This document shows, piece after piece, positions 13,855-27,572 of a stretch of DNA of 64,000 nucleotides; positions within the stretch are counted from its first letter, which is position 1, and every line of letters starts with the position of its first letter. The notes below the pieces were generated by a model, which worked only from the letters and a program-made list of their open reading frames with translations, had not been told where the DNA came from and made no database searches. A program made the position numbers and the translations under genes. Source of the DNA: Octopus vulgaris (lineage: Eukaryota); contig OX597815.1 in NCBI GenBank assembly GCA_951406725.2, forward strand, positions 30,628,001-30,692,000. Direction: 5' to 3'.

Positions 13855-14963
13855 TGTGTGTGTGTACGCCACAGAATCTCCCAGGACTAGACAGCACAGT
13901 ATCAAAGCGTTATCTAACTTGAGTAAGATTATTTATGAAGAAAAGCAACCAATATCAATGCAAATAATCTTCACAAACCATGAATACACAAACGCTATCT
14001 ACTTTATTAGAAAAAAGGTCAGCTCAAAATAACGACAACAAGATGTAAAGAATATAAAATTCACAAACAAGTACAACATATATGTATGGTTTCGAAGTTA
14101 ATAGCAACAATTTGCACATAAATATCTCTCTATCCTGCTCTCTAAAATAAAATTGCCCCGCAAATCCTATTTCTATAGAACAACGGTAACCACAAATACA
14201 ACACCAAATACTGCATCCTCATATATATGGTGTACAGCAAACTAGTTCAAAATACGATACAACCAGCATAGACACTTTTTTCCAACACAAATGGGAAAAA
14301 TGATGTGTCATTATTCAAACATAAATAAAGATTAAAATGGAAAATTATTAGTAGAAAATTGACAGCTTTTCTCTTACCATATGAACGAAACAAAAACCCT
14401 GGCAAGTTTGTACCACATTTTCATATCCAGGAACCAACTCTTCAAATCATTAAAATATTTCAAGCCTATAGTTTATCAAACAGCTTAAACATGACTATAT
14501 CTCAGCGCCTTTTCCTTTCCTTACCCGTGCCTTCATCACAAGTCATCCCCATATTATAGATAAAACCGTATATTAAAGCTTTTCACTGGACAAATACTGT
14601 ATAAAATATGTAAAAGTTTCCCAACTTTCCTCCAAAGCTACCTCAAAAGTTTTCTAATGTAAGTGCATACACCTACGTACACACATATGAGAACAGAGGA
14701 CTAAATCTGCTTAAAATATCGTTTATATTTATTCTTATATTACTACTTTTTAAATATGACTTTATGTACACAATTTTATACTGTCTAATATTCAAAGTTC
14801 TTGCAAATATTCTTGCGTAATTCTTGCAAAGTTTTGCAAATATTCAAACTTCAAAAATAATATATTATAAACTGGCTACCCGTAGATCCGAATAGAAGAA
14901 ATATTTATAAAAATACACAGCCCACAAACGTTGCCTCCCTAGAATACAGAGGTTAAAATCTCT

Positions 14964-15117
14964 GTGGCTGTGTGGTAAGTAGCTTGCTAACCAACCACAT
15001 GGTTCCGGGTTCAGTCCCACTGCGTGGCATCTTGGGCAAGTGTCTTCTGCTATAGCCTCGGGCCGACCAATGCCTTGTGAGTGGATTTGGTAGACGGAAA
15101 ATCAAAGAAGCCCGTCG

Positions 15118-15170
<53 letters not shown>

Positions 15171-15378
15171 TTGTGTGTCTGTGTTTGTCCCCCTAGCATT
15201 GCTTGACAACCGATGCTGGTGTGTTTACGTCCCCGTCACTTAGCGGTTCGGCAAAAGAGACCGATAAAATAAGTACTGGGCTTACAAAGAATAAGTCCCG
15301 GGGTCGATTTGCTCGACTAAAGGCGGTGCTCCAGCATGGCCGCAGTCAAATGACTGAAACAAGTAAAAAAAAAAAAAA
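14964..15378 (+). mobile_element. SINE family C (tRNA-derived, internal TA/TG microsatellite)
   Basis: tggctgtgtggtaag (A box), ggttcagtccc (B box), internal (TA)n, tail gactgaaacaagtaaaa. Confidence 0.95.
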
Positions 15379-16028
15379 CAAACTTTGAAAGCAATTAATT
15401 TCTGGAGAAACATATGCTGACCAACCGACCATTACACCATCCAGACTCTTGAGAATACTAAAACATCAGGTTAACAAGTTTCTGTTCTAACACCACTATG
15501 ATATGCTTAACTAATACAAAATGGCGAAGTATTCTAAACAACACCTGCTGACCAACTAAATTTGTTACCTACATTAAAACCTTCATGACCGAAAAATCTG
15601 ACGCACCTAAATAAACACTCCTAGTTGCAAAGTTTTAAATGCTTGACTGACCTCTGAACTTTAGTCTTCAGCTTCTCAAAATAAATTAAAAATAAGTTAA
15701 ATTAAAAATAAGTTAAATTTCCCTTTAGCACGCATACAAAACCCAAAATAACTAAGCCTCGTGAGACCTCTGATGAACAACAAACACCTTTTACCTACCT
15801 ACATTCTCTTGTCAAAACCTAGGAAACAATAGCATGACCTGAAGCTGAAAGGTAGTCACAAATGATTACAAAGTTTGAAAGTATGCATAAATAAGTTCTG
15901 AATAAGAGCACAACCCCAAATTTATTGAAGCATTTCCCACAATACGCATTGAAGACAATCTACAGATTTCCATCTACCTGAGAAGAAATTTTGACTGAAC
16001 GCAAACTTTATAAAGCCAAATGTATCAC

Positions 16029-16069
16029 AGTCCGATGATGGCTTAGCAAGCCGAAACTTCGAAGAAACT
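16029..16069 (+). ncRNA. Degenerate minimal hammerhead motif (Penelope-type)
   Basis: agt CCGATGA t ggctt(agc)aagcc GAAA cttcgaag aa act. Stem II is perfect and stem III is palindromic; core positions U4 and U16.1 are mutated. Confidence 0.55.
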
Positions 16070-17448
16070 CTCAATACTATTTTCGTTAAAGAATGGTATA
16101 TGTATGCATGTATGTATGTATGTATGTATGTATGTATGTATGTATGTATGTATGTATGTATGTATGTATGTATGTATACCTACATATATGTATGTGCGTT
16201 TGTGTGTATCTATATATCCGAGTGAGTGGACAAACGAAAGAAAGGACACTTAGTACATTTATTTGGAATTAAATGTATTATTCAAATCAGTTTAATTTGA
16301 ATTCCGTGCTACTTCAAGATTCGCTGGCTCGTAAAGGAACCTGTCTCTTCAGTCTGGTGGGATACCCGAATTCGGACATACATACATACATATATTATAT
16401 ATATATATATATACATACATACATACATACATACATACATACATGCATACATACATACATACATACACGGATTCCAAATCAAACTGTTTTGAATAATACG
16501 CACACACACACATATACACATTTAAAAGTAAATCTACAAAAGAGTAGTTCATAAAAGAAGTAGCATTTAATTGCATAAGGTTGATGATTCGAATCGTTGC
16601 TACTCGGATTTTCTGCATTCTTACGCTTTATACACTCTCTAAATCAAGGTCATCGGACACACGCGTGAAGTCACTTGAGGCGGTGGAGTGTCAAATTGTT
16701 GTGTGTGTGCATGTGTTTTTGTGTGTATGCGCTTTTTTGTGTGCATATGTCGATGCTTCTGTTTACGCATAATATACACATCATATACGCATCAAATACA
16801 TCAAATATAACTCATATAGGTATATATCGAGATATATGTATAAATATACTTATATTGGTTGATTTGTAAGGTTAGACTTTGCTATTGTCAATAGTGCAAG
16901 TAGTATGGGCCCGTAAATATAGTTATTTGTGTTAATGTATACACGCTTCCTCTCATTCATATAAACGTAGGCCGATATCCAGATATGTATTTTAAAGTGC
17001 GTGCAAGATGTACGTCGGTGCCTATAGATATTCTCCGTAGAAATATATATTTATCTTTCCTGCATCTAGTCAAATTTAACTACATGAGATCTGCCTTGAC
17101 ACATTAGTTTGATGTGTTGACCATAAACAACCTCATGCAGATGCTTTCAGATTTCATCAGGGAATATGCTGTGCTCCTTTTATTAATTCAATGTCCACAC
17201 GATTTACTACTAAATCAAAAATCTTCTTCAGAATGTAACCAATCAAAGTTTCAGAAAATCCATAACAATTACAAATCGCATGATGATATCTTTTGAAATG
17301 ATCAATGCATTTTGAATTCTGAGGGAGCCTAGACCGGTATCACGCTTGAGAAAGCAATTATGTTTGTCGATTCGCTTCTGAGTGACAAATCTGTTTTAGA
17401 GGAAGCGACACCACTGGGAAATGATTATTAGCACTGCAAGTAGATAGA

Positions 17449-17543
<95 letters not shown>

Positions 17544-17549
17544 TGACAA

Positions 17550-17608
<59 letters not shown>

Positions 17609-17640
17609 ATAATCTCAAAGAACAGCAATAGTAATATTGA
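17449..17640. repeat. (AAT)n/(AGT)n compound microsatellite
   Basis: Directly visible. Confidence 0.95.
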
Positions 17641-19206
17641 TAATGATCTTTCCGTCCCCTCACGCACTTAATGCGATTGCACAGTAATAATGTAGAATTC
17701 GAGTGGTATGTTATTGAAACAAGAATATAATAAATAAAAAAAACGATGGGGTATCTCTTCTGAAAGAGATAGCTGTTATCATTTCTGCAGAATTCGCGCG
17801 AAAGTAACGAAACTGCAATCAATTTGAGTTCGCTTAATTCCATAATTTCATTTCACACAGCTCTGCCAATCGACACAATTTTTTGTTGGTGCTTAATCAT
17901 AGAATTCCAGATGGCACAACGCAATGGTTTTTATTGCAGGTCAGATCTCACCATATCTAATAAATTGAAATAATGATTTTATGTTATTCTTATTTCGACG
18001 TCCAATTCCGTTTTGTCATTTTTATCGATTCAGTCATATTTCTCAGACATTCGATCATGATTTATTAACCTTATATTCATTGAAAATATATAATCGATTA
18101 AAAATGTATCATTTATGATGTTTTTTCCTTCCTTTTTCATCGATAAATAATTTACACTTCATAAATATTTATTTTCACGTATGCGTCATGTATTTTTCGA
18201 TTAGTAGTGTTCCATATGAAGTATACAAATATGCTAGCATCAAGTATTCAGACGTAGCGAAGTATGAAATTGGCGAGTACAAAAATAAATCTTCATATAT
18301 GTCTCTTTTTCAGATATATATAATTTCGATTTAGTCCCTAAACGATTAGTCATTGAATGGGGAAACAGTAAAATTCCTCATTGTCTGATAAGCATTTGAT
18401 AACGTTTGAAAGCAAAAATATTTCATTTACACTTATTCCTAAGATTTTAAACACTCGATTCTATTAATTATGACTACTGTATTTTCAATAATCAAAAGTA
18501 ATCAAAAATTGTGTTCTGTCGATATAATCCTACCAAATACGCTATACTAAGCAAAATGAATTCTATGTCACTTGACATTTTTGTTAATGTGTCTATATAC
18601 GTTTGTAACAATTTTTCAGAGCATTTTAAAATATTTAACCCTATCTGAAAAGAAGCTGTGTTAACGGCTTTCTGCAAATTTAGCATTGAATATAATGTGC
18701 GTGAAATTAGTGTCATTTCTGTTATCTTATATATACATGGAATACCGTTGGGGTTAATAGGGTTGTGTATAGACAATGTAGATTATCTATTACACACTGG
18801 TTGCATACAAATTATTGAGCTGCTAAAATGGTTTAGCACACGCACACGCACGAGCGCCCGCACACACATTATTTAACTGTCAACTACTATAAATTCCATG
18901 CTCCGATTGTGTAATTGTCAAACAAACTCCGTAGCATGACGAGTACGTTCTTGCAATCTCTTGGGCTCAAAATAAGACATGGATACTCGCTGAGAAAAAG
19001 TGAGGAATAACTAGATAGAAAGGACAGAAAGAGAGAAATAGGCAAAATGAAAAAAAGAAACAAGTAAAGAAAGAAAGGGAGATTGGTAAATATGAAAGTG
19101 ACTTTTAAAGAAGATATTCTAAACTTCAGTTTTTTCTTTCCCGCATGTAGACAAAAAACAAAAAATCGCTTAGCCTGCCATAAACGGGACTTGAAGACAC
19201 AAAATA

Positions 19207-20498
19207 CGAGGGGCGTTCAATAAGTAATGCCCCTGACATACTTGCAGTTGTTTGATCTAGCTGAAATTTTGCATGTGCAATTATTTATATCTCTATAGAT
19301 TAAGTGGCAAATTACAGCTCTGAACTAATTGTGGTTTCCGATTTACAGGTGTTTGAACTGAGTCAAGTGTGAAATGGAGCCTGTTGAGTGTCGAGCAGTG
19401 ATCCGGTTTTTGTATTTGAAAGGACGCACACCACGGGAGACTTTTGATGAAATGAAAGTAACTTATGGTGATGATGCCCCATCATATGACCTTGTAAAAC
19501 GCTGGCATCGTGAATTCAAACATGGTCGGAACTCTGTGGAAGCAGCTTCCAGATCTGGTCGCCCCCTTCTGCTATTGATGTGGCATCTGTCTGTCAAGTT
19601 GAGGCTGCCATTTTGGAAGATCGACGCATAACTATTCGCCAAATAGCCCATGAGGTCAAGATTAGTACCGGGTCTGTGGAAACTATCATTCATGACTATT
19701 TGCATATGCAAAAGGTGTCTGCCAGATGGATTCCCAGGTTGCTCACACCTTTCCAGAAGCAAGAACGCGTCGATTGCTCGAGGATGAATTTGGAGATGTG
19801 CCAAGAAGATGAGTCAAAATTCTTCAAAAGACTGATCACACAGGATAAAACCTGGGTCCATCACTATGATCCAGAGACCAAAGCCCAGTCAATGCAGTGG
19901 AAGCACCGTGACTCACCTGCTCCAAAGAAGGCAAGGGTGCAGCCCTCCGGCTGGCAAGGTCATGCTTACAGTCTTCTGGAACCAGGACGGAGTAGTGAAG
20001 ACAGATTTCTTGGCAAAGGGTGCCACAATTACAGGAGTCTATTATGCTTCACTTTTGAGGAAATTAAGAGATGCTATCAAAATCAAGAGGCGGGGCAAGA
20101 TCAGCAAAGGCATCCTCCTCCTGCAGGACAACGCTCCGATCCACAACTCGCGTGTTGCTAGATCAGAAGCACAGGCGTGCGGCTATGAACTCCTCCCCCA
20201 TCCCCCTACTCTCCTGACCTTGCACCCTCTGATTTTCACCTCTTCCCAGCCATGAAGTTGTTTTTGAAAAGAAAGCGTTTCCCATATGATGCAGCCTTGA
20301 ATTCTGAAGTCACGTCGTGGTTGGAGGACCAAGCTGGGGTCTTCTACAAAAATGGTCTTCAGAGCTGCATCAAACGATGGGAGAAATGCGTAACTCTGGG
20401 TGGTTCCTATGTAGAAAAAGACTAATAACTGTTCCAAGTTTCGTTGCTCTACTGCTATGGGAAGTGGGTCAGGCGCATTACTTATTGAACTCCCCTCG
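19207..20498 (+). mobile_element. Full-length mariner transposon (1292 bp), irritans-like
   Basis: TIRs cgaggggcgttcaataagtaatgc / gcattacttattgaactcccctcg, TA on both sides (19205-6, 20499-500). Confidence 0.97.
19374..20425 (+). pseudogene. Mariner transposase, frameshifted about 3 times
   Basis: HTH N-terminus, KVSARWIP, LITQDKTWVHHYDPE, LLQDNAPIH, then (shifted frame) YSPDLAPSDFHLF; ends SYVEKD*. Confidence 0.95.
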
Positions 20499-21157
20499 TA
20501 TCATGCCCCTTAACTTACAGTGTGGATTGCCCTACGATCCATGCTGTAAGTTAATAGGTCAAAGGTGTGCAGCCTTTGTACAACCGTCGAAACTCAAATT
20601 CTATTTACATATAAGAACTCCACAAACCTACTGAATAGTAGATCCGATGTTTTCACTAAATGCTATCTAATCGACAAGTGTATTTAATTGAACTGGAAAA
20701 AAACACCCTCACCGGTTTAGATACAGAGTCGCACAAACTTTAACCGTTCTCTGTCAAATTGACCACATTAGTCATTGTTAATTTCTATTCCAACAAATCT
20801 ATTGGGCATAACTATTATGTCCCTTCCCTGTTTTGATTCGTTTAGTTTTCCTCTCATTCTATCTCATTCTTCCTCACTTTTTCTCAAAGTGCAGCCATGT
20901 TTTATTTTGCACCTGAAAGATTGCAGAATAATAAACGACATTCTATAATACTCGCTCGACTAATATACTATCAGCCCATGAGAATTATAGTAGTTCTTTG
21001 GAATACATTTTTCTTGATCATTCCAGCAACGGACACACATACACACACACGCATATATACGCGTATATATATACACCTATGTATGTAAGTATTTATATGC
21101 ATGTATATATATACATGCATATGTATGTGTATATATGTGAGTATATATGTATATATA

Positions 21158-21563
21158 GGTACAGCAGTGGTTGTGTGGTAAGTGGCTTGCTTACCAACCA
21201 CATGGTTCCGAGTTCATTCCCACTGCGTGGCACCTTGGGTCAGTATCGTCTACTATAGCCTCGGGCCGATCAAAGCCTTGTGAGTGGATTTCGTAGACGG
21301 AAACTGAAAGAAGTCCGTCGTATATATGTGTATATATATTTATGTGTGTGTATATGTTTCTGTCTGTCTGTCCCCCCAACATCGCTTGACGACTGATGCG
21401 GGTGTGTTTACGTCTCCGTAACTTAGCGGTTCGGCAAAAAGAGACCGATAGAATAAGTACTAGGCTTCCAGAGAATAAGTCCTGGGGCCGATTTGCTCGA
21501 CTAAATGTGGTGATCCAGCAATGCCGCAGTCAAACGACTGGAACAAGTAAAAGGATAAAAAAG
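21158..21563 (+). mobile_element. SINE family C
   Basis: Full-length match to the other family C copies. Confidence 0.95.
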
Positions 21564-22072
21564 ATATATATGTGTGTGCATATATTTGTGTGTATATATA
21601 TATGATTTACAATTATAGATAGATAGATGTGTATAGCAGATATATATATGAATATACATATGTACTGGCAAGTACGATCTAGGGATCCAAGTGTAGGAAG
21701 TTAGTAAGCTTCAAACATTTAAGCGGCTAGTACACACGAGAAGAGTTGGACAATATACAATAACACAAGTTTATCAACATCGTCAGTTATACATTTCATT
21801 CCATACTGAAATAAAAAGGATTTTCGGTAAGCTGAAAATAACCATGCAACTCACTATTAAACAACTAAAGCTGCCAGAAATGCGTATAAAAGCCAAAATA
21901 GTAAGGAATGGAGGATTTCTATTTAAATTTAGAAAGACAGATAGAATTGAATTGTATTGGTATAGTACAGGTCTAAATTAATCCAACAGCTCTCCTTTAA
22001 AATGTGTCTTTATAATTTTTGGTTCACTATAACCCAGTTTTCCAGGTAATTGTTGTTTATTATATCTAAATA

Positions 22073-22247
22073 GGCGCAGGAGTGGCTATGTGGTAAGTAG
22101 CTTGTTTACCAACCACATGGTTCCGGGTTCAGTCCAACTGCGTGGCACCTTGGGTTAGTGTCTTCTACTATAGCCTCGGGCCGACCAAAGCCTTGTGAGT
22201 AGATTTGGTAGACGGAAACTGAAAGAAGCCCGTCGTATATATGTATG

Positions 22248-22319
<72 letters not shown>

Positions 22320-22535
22320 TGTGTCTGTGTTTGTCCCCCTAGCATTGCTTGACAACCGATGCTGGTGTGTTTATGTCCCCGTTACTTAGCGGTTCGGCAA
22401 AAAGAGACCGATAGAATAAGTACTGGGCTTACAAAAGAATAATTCCCGGGGTCGAGCTGCTCGATTAAAGGCGGTGCTCCAGCATGGCCGCAGTCAAATG
22501 ATTGAAACAAGTAAAAGAGTAAAAGAGTAAAAGAG
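22073..22535 (+). mobile_element. SINE family C, full length
   Basis: ggcgcaggagtggc start, (TA)n(TG)n core, (gtaaaaga)3 tail, possible TSD taaata (22067-72 / 22536-41). Confidence 0.95.
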
Positions 22536-22741
22536 TAAATAATGTGGGCCTTATCTTTTATTTCATGAATTTATCCAGAAGATGCATAAAGATTATGATG
22601 TGACTTTGTTCAATTTCTTTCGTGACCATTTTCAACAAAGTCCCGGCTGAAGGGAAATAATTCTGCTGCAACGCGTTTATGTGCAGTAAACATGAACGGT
22701 ATAAGTGACATATGGCACAGTGGTGAATTTTTAATCTTCAG

Positions 22742-22824
<83 letters not shown>

Positions 22825-22971
22825 GTCTATCTATCTCTGCTTATCTGTTTGCATGTACTACTTCTGTCACTCTGTGTTTTTCCTCATGGCCGAAGACCTG
22901 GAGGCACTTACGTGGATAACAAGGCTGTCAACTTCTAGCCACTCACGTTTCAACACTTGCCGCTACTGTGC

Positions 22972-23020
<49 letters not shown>

Positions 23021-23051
23021 CATACATACATACATACATACATACATACAT

Positions 23052-23136
<85 letters not shown>

Positions 23137-23137
23137 C

Positions 23138-23189
<52 letters not shown>

Positions 23190-24254
23190 ATATATCCATA
23201 CATACACATATTTGTATGCATGCATGTATGTATGTACGTATGTGTGCATTTCTATGATTGCCAAATGTTAGCATCAGTGAACCGTTATTTCATATATTGC
23301 TCTCCGTGAAAGTGTTTTTGTTCTAGTCACGTTGTGCTTTGGCCAGCTCTGTTAGCAAACAGTAATTTAAGGAGACTTTTATCCAGGCTATCTAGAGTAA
23401 AAAATAAAAGAAAAAAAACACACTCACCAAAGATAAAACAGGAAATGTACTCCAGAGTAGCATCTTGCAGCTATCTATAAAATCATAAGCAGAAGATATC
23501 ATCTTCAAAATATCCCCTAAAGGCTATTGCATAGATGTAATGAAGTTTTGAATAAAGATAATATGAAGCCGTGCTGGATACATTAGTAAACTATCACGTG
23601 ATATAATTCCAACGCGAAATCAAGTTTGGATTGTGTGTTATTATGATCGCTCAGCTGGTGGTTTCTGGACTTCGGCCGCAAATCAAGCAAAGAAGTTGCA
23701 CAAGGTCAAGCAGAAATTTTCTTCTGCTTTAGTAACTACCCGAAATATATCATTTTTATTTGTATCAACCCCATGCATTTTTTTTTTATAAAATGAAGTT
23801 GCCTGAAAGAATTTGGGAAGCTTGTATTTACTGTAGAATAGGTTTTAAGCTCACAGCTTACTGAATTTGCAAAGCAGGTTCGATATTGTTGGGAATTTAT
23901 GTGTCATTAGTCATCGTTGCCTGTAATTTCTGAAGTTACAACGAATATTCTAAAATAAAAGAAGCTAAAGATATTCTGCATAAATATGGAGGTTTCGGTT
24001 TGTGAAAAATGAGTCAGCATATAGGCTTTGGATGACGTAAGAGAACAAAATATAATAGTGTATGAATGAGAGATAGAGAACTAATAAATATAAATATGAA
24101 TGCGACTAATAATACTTGAAATTTATTTATGCAACGTTAAAAATATCGGCAGTTAAAACTTACACATTTATATCATTGATATTTTCTCAAATTTTGCGGT
24201 ATATTTCATGTTATTTAGTTTGTATTGATACTTAATTTTATGCGATACATAACC

Positions 24255-24480
24255 TATTTCTTTACTACCCACAAGGGGCTAAACACAGAGAGGACAAACA
24301 AGGACAGACATACGGATTAAGTCGATTATATCGACCCCAGCGCGTAACTGGTACTTATTTAATCGACCCCGAAATGATGAAAGGCAAAGTCGACCTCGGC
24401 GGAATTCGAACTCAGAACGTAGCGGCAGGCGAAATACCACAAAGCATTTCGCCCAGCGTGCTTACGTTTCTGCCAGCTCG
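24255..24480 (-). mobile_element. SINE family A, tail variant A1
   Basis: Reverse complement of 58904-59135; 8-bp TSD acataacc (24247-54 / 24481-88). Confidence 0.95.
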
Positions 24481-24773
24481 ACATAACCACCTAGTTTCTG
24501 GACAGTAACTAGCACGAAATACTTTGAATATTTAAATAAGAATATGCTTTAGTACGATAACAAACCACATGCCGTATAGGAAAATAGGTTTTAATCATGG
24601 ACTTGATGTTTGAACAGTTAAGTTTTAAACGTCAGCCAGCAGTTACGAAAAATATATTGTCTAGATAGTCATTGTCAAATTAAATAGCAGCTTTCTACTG
24701 TATTGTTGCTATTTCTGGTGTAAAAATTTCCACTAAAGAACCGAAGAAAATGATACTGATAAACCACAATATA

Positions 24774-25940
24774 TCAGGTCATTAAGAATGAAATGTCCGA
24801 TTTTCTTATGCACCAACTTTGAGAGTCGTTACCTCTAATGTTTTATCCTGAAAATGTTTTGTTTTACAACATTGAAGAGTTACATCATCATTTTTCGAAA
24901 TGCAATTCATTGTGTCTGGTTATATTGTGAATTTTTTCTTGTAAATCAGTTTTTGTGAACCCATCGATAAAGGAAAAATTCGTGTTGTTTATGAATATGG
25001 GTTCCGTCGTGGAGCCAATGTATCCCAGACGGCGCGAAACATCAATGAGGTGTTTGATGAAGATGTAGCGATGGCGAATGAGCGCAGAGTACGTCGTTGG
25101 TTTGAGAAGTTCTGGTCTGGTAACTTTCCTCTTGAAAATCAGCCCCGTGTTAGATCTGCGACCAAGATGGATAAGGATGAGCTGGAAACTGTAGTGAAAG
25201 CGGATACAGCTCAGACTACCCGGCAAGGGATGGTGTTTTGATTCCAGCTGTACTGGACCATCTGAAACAAATCGGCAAGGGAAAGAAGCTGGACAAGTGG
25301 ATGCCACACGAACTGAACGAGCATCAAGTAAAACTTACTGTTCTTTGTTGTCACTTCCAACATTAGTGAGGTGGTTGGATAGAGACGAAGTGCCAAAACA
25401 CAGTCCAAAAAAGAATATTCACCAACGATGATGTCATCCACTACAGCTTCATGGGACCTGGTAAGTCAATTACAGCAGATGTATACCTCAACCAATTGGA
25501 TGATATGATGAGTGAACCTGCAATTGAGCAACCGAGATTGGTCAATAGAGACAGGTCAATTCTTTTGCAAGACAATTCTCGACCACATATTGCACAAAGA
25601 ACGCTACACAAGTCACAGGAACTGAAATTGGAAGTACTCAGTCATCCACCATATTCACCAGACCTTGCACCAACTGACCATCACATTTTTAAGGGCATTA
25701 GACAACTTTTTGCTAGGAAAAACTTCAAATCTGAAAAAGATGCAAAAACAGCCTTTCGTGATTTCATCACCTCTTGTTCTCTATAATTCTTTGCAGCCGG
25801 CATAAATAAGCAACCGATAAAATGGCAAAATTGTGTTGATAATTTAGGTGCACACTTTGATGAACTGCGTTGCTTTTAATTGAGATAAAGTAAGATTAAC
25901 TTTCAGTTCAAAATCGGACGTTTCATTCTTAATGACCTGA
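24774..25940 (+). mobile_element. Mariner transposon, cecropia/Hsmar1-like, internally deleted and decayed
   Basis: TIRs tcaggtcattaagaatgaaa / tttcattcttaatgacctga; motifs KLDKWMPHEL, LLQDNSRPH, HPPYSPDLAPTD. Confidence 0.95.
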
Positions 25941-26417
25941 TGCTAATTACAACCGTGCACCCTCTGCAAAGGAGATTTATTTTGAATTAAAGAATGTACT
26001 TTTGACACGCATAATCATGAGGAAAATAGTTGCTTGTTTGACCATTCATGAAGAGAACACTCAGTGAATAGGTACTTAAAATTGTTAACTGGTCAAAGCA
26101 AATGAAATTTGTGGTTTTGATGCATTTACAAGAAATCGAGGCAATTTTGATAGGATTTTATGAGATACGCTATATCGTTCGTATTTTACTTCACATAGTC
26201 TCAAATATTCTCTGCGCTTGAAGTATGATTGAATTAACTGAAGTGAAATAGCTACAAATGGAATTAGATGTAAATCTTTAACTTTATCTATAGAAAAGTT
26301 TTCCTATTTTGCTTAGATTAATCATTTTAACAAGGCAAAATGCGTTAATTAATGTTCATACGCACAAACACGCACACACACACACACACATACACAGCCA
26401 TGTATATGTTTGGCCTA

Positions 26418-26494
26418 CCAAAACAAGGCAAAACGCATTGTGACCAGCGATGTTTAATAACATCTGATAGCCTCGTCAGGCGATCACTTGATAT
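26418..26494 (+). mobile_element. 3' tail fragment shared with SINE family E
   Basis: cgcattgtgaccagcgatgt..aa..catctgat matches 56710-56745. Confidence 0.7.
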
Positions 26495-27407
26495 CTTGGT
26501 ATATGTGTGTAAAACAGAATGCTTCACGCTTAAGTGGAGTAATAGAAATTGGGAAATAATGAAACTTAGGTGATTTCGAAGAGGAATATTCTCAAGACTC
26601 AAAAAGGTTACACACGCATTTGCAGTTTTCACCCTTGGAGTTCTTTAACTAAAAACGAAAGACTTTCATATTAAAACGTTGCAAAAGCAAAAGTTAGATA
26701 AATGCAGGAACATATAAATGCACATAAATTAAGCAAAGCTGCTATCTTAACTTTGCCTTCTTTACAACATACCATTAGATTCGTAGAAGCTCATACATAT
26801 ACAGATTTATATTTATTATTATATATATAATATATAAAAGAATTAATTATTTCTATATCCATATTTACTGTGGTCCATAATCTTCATCTCTTGCTATCGC
26901 TAGACGAATAATGAATTATAGTGGATGAATTATGGAATCAAGTATATACAAGTATTAAAGTGTCATCAATAAATATGAAATGTTTTTACGATAATTTTCC
27001 GCGATATGGACCAAAATTATTTCCGTTATCTTTCTCCGCGAAATAAAAAGCTAATGATTGCACAAATATTTGCAGCAAACCAAATGCATTTTATTTTCGT
27101 TTTTTTAATTTTCACTTATCTTTCTTTCGTTCCACATATGTATGTATAGAACTTTTTTTAGGGTCTATCTGTCTCCTAGAAACAGAAAGAAATAAAAATG
27201 ATACACAATAATACACTTATACACTCAAACTGACATATACACACATACACAAATAATTATTATATGTACGCGTATATATACACGCACACACACTCATGCA
27301 TGCGCGCGCGCTCACACACAGATATAACAATATACATGAGTTTATATATACTTATATATATGTATATTTATATGCATGTATATATATGCATATAAATGTA
27401 CATATAA

Positions 27408-27439
<32 letters not shown>

Positions 27440-27473
27440 GTATATATAAATACATATATATATAAATAAATAT

Positions 27474-27572
<99 letters not shown>

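Noticed and set aside
16305-16360. Minus-strand hammerhead-like CUGAAGA..gguuc/gagcc..GAAU cuugaag UA
   Set aside because: GAAA is mutated and there is no stem I; could be a relic but cannot be supported.
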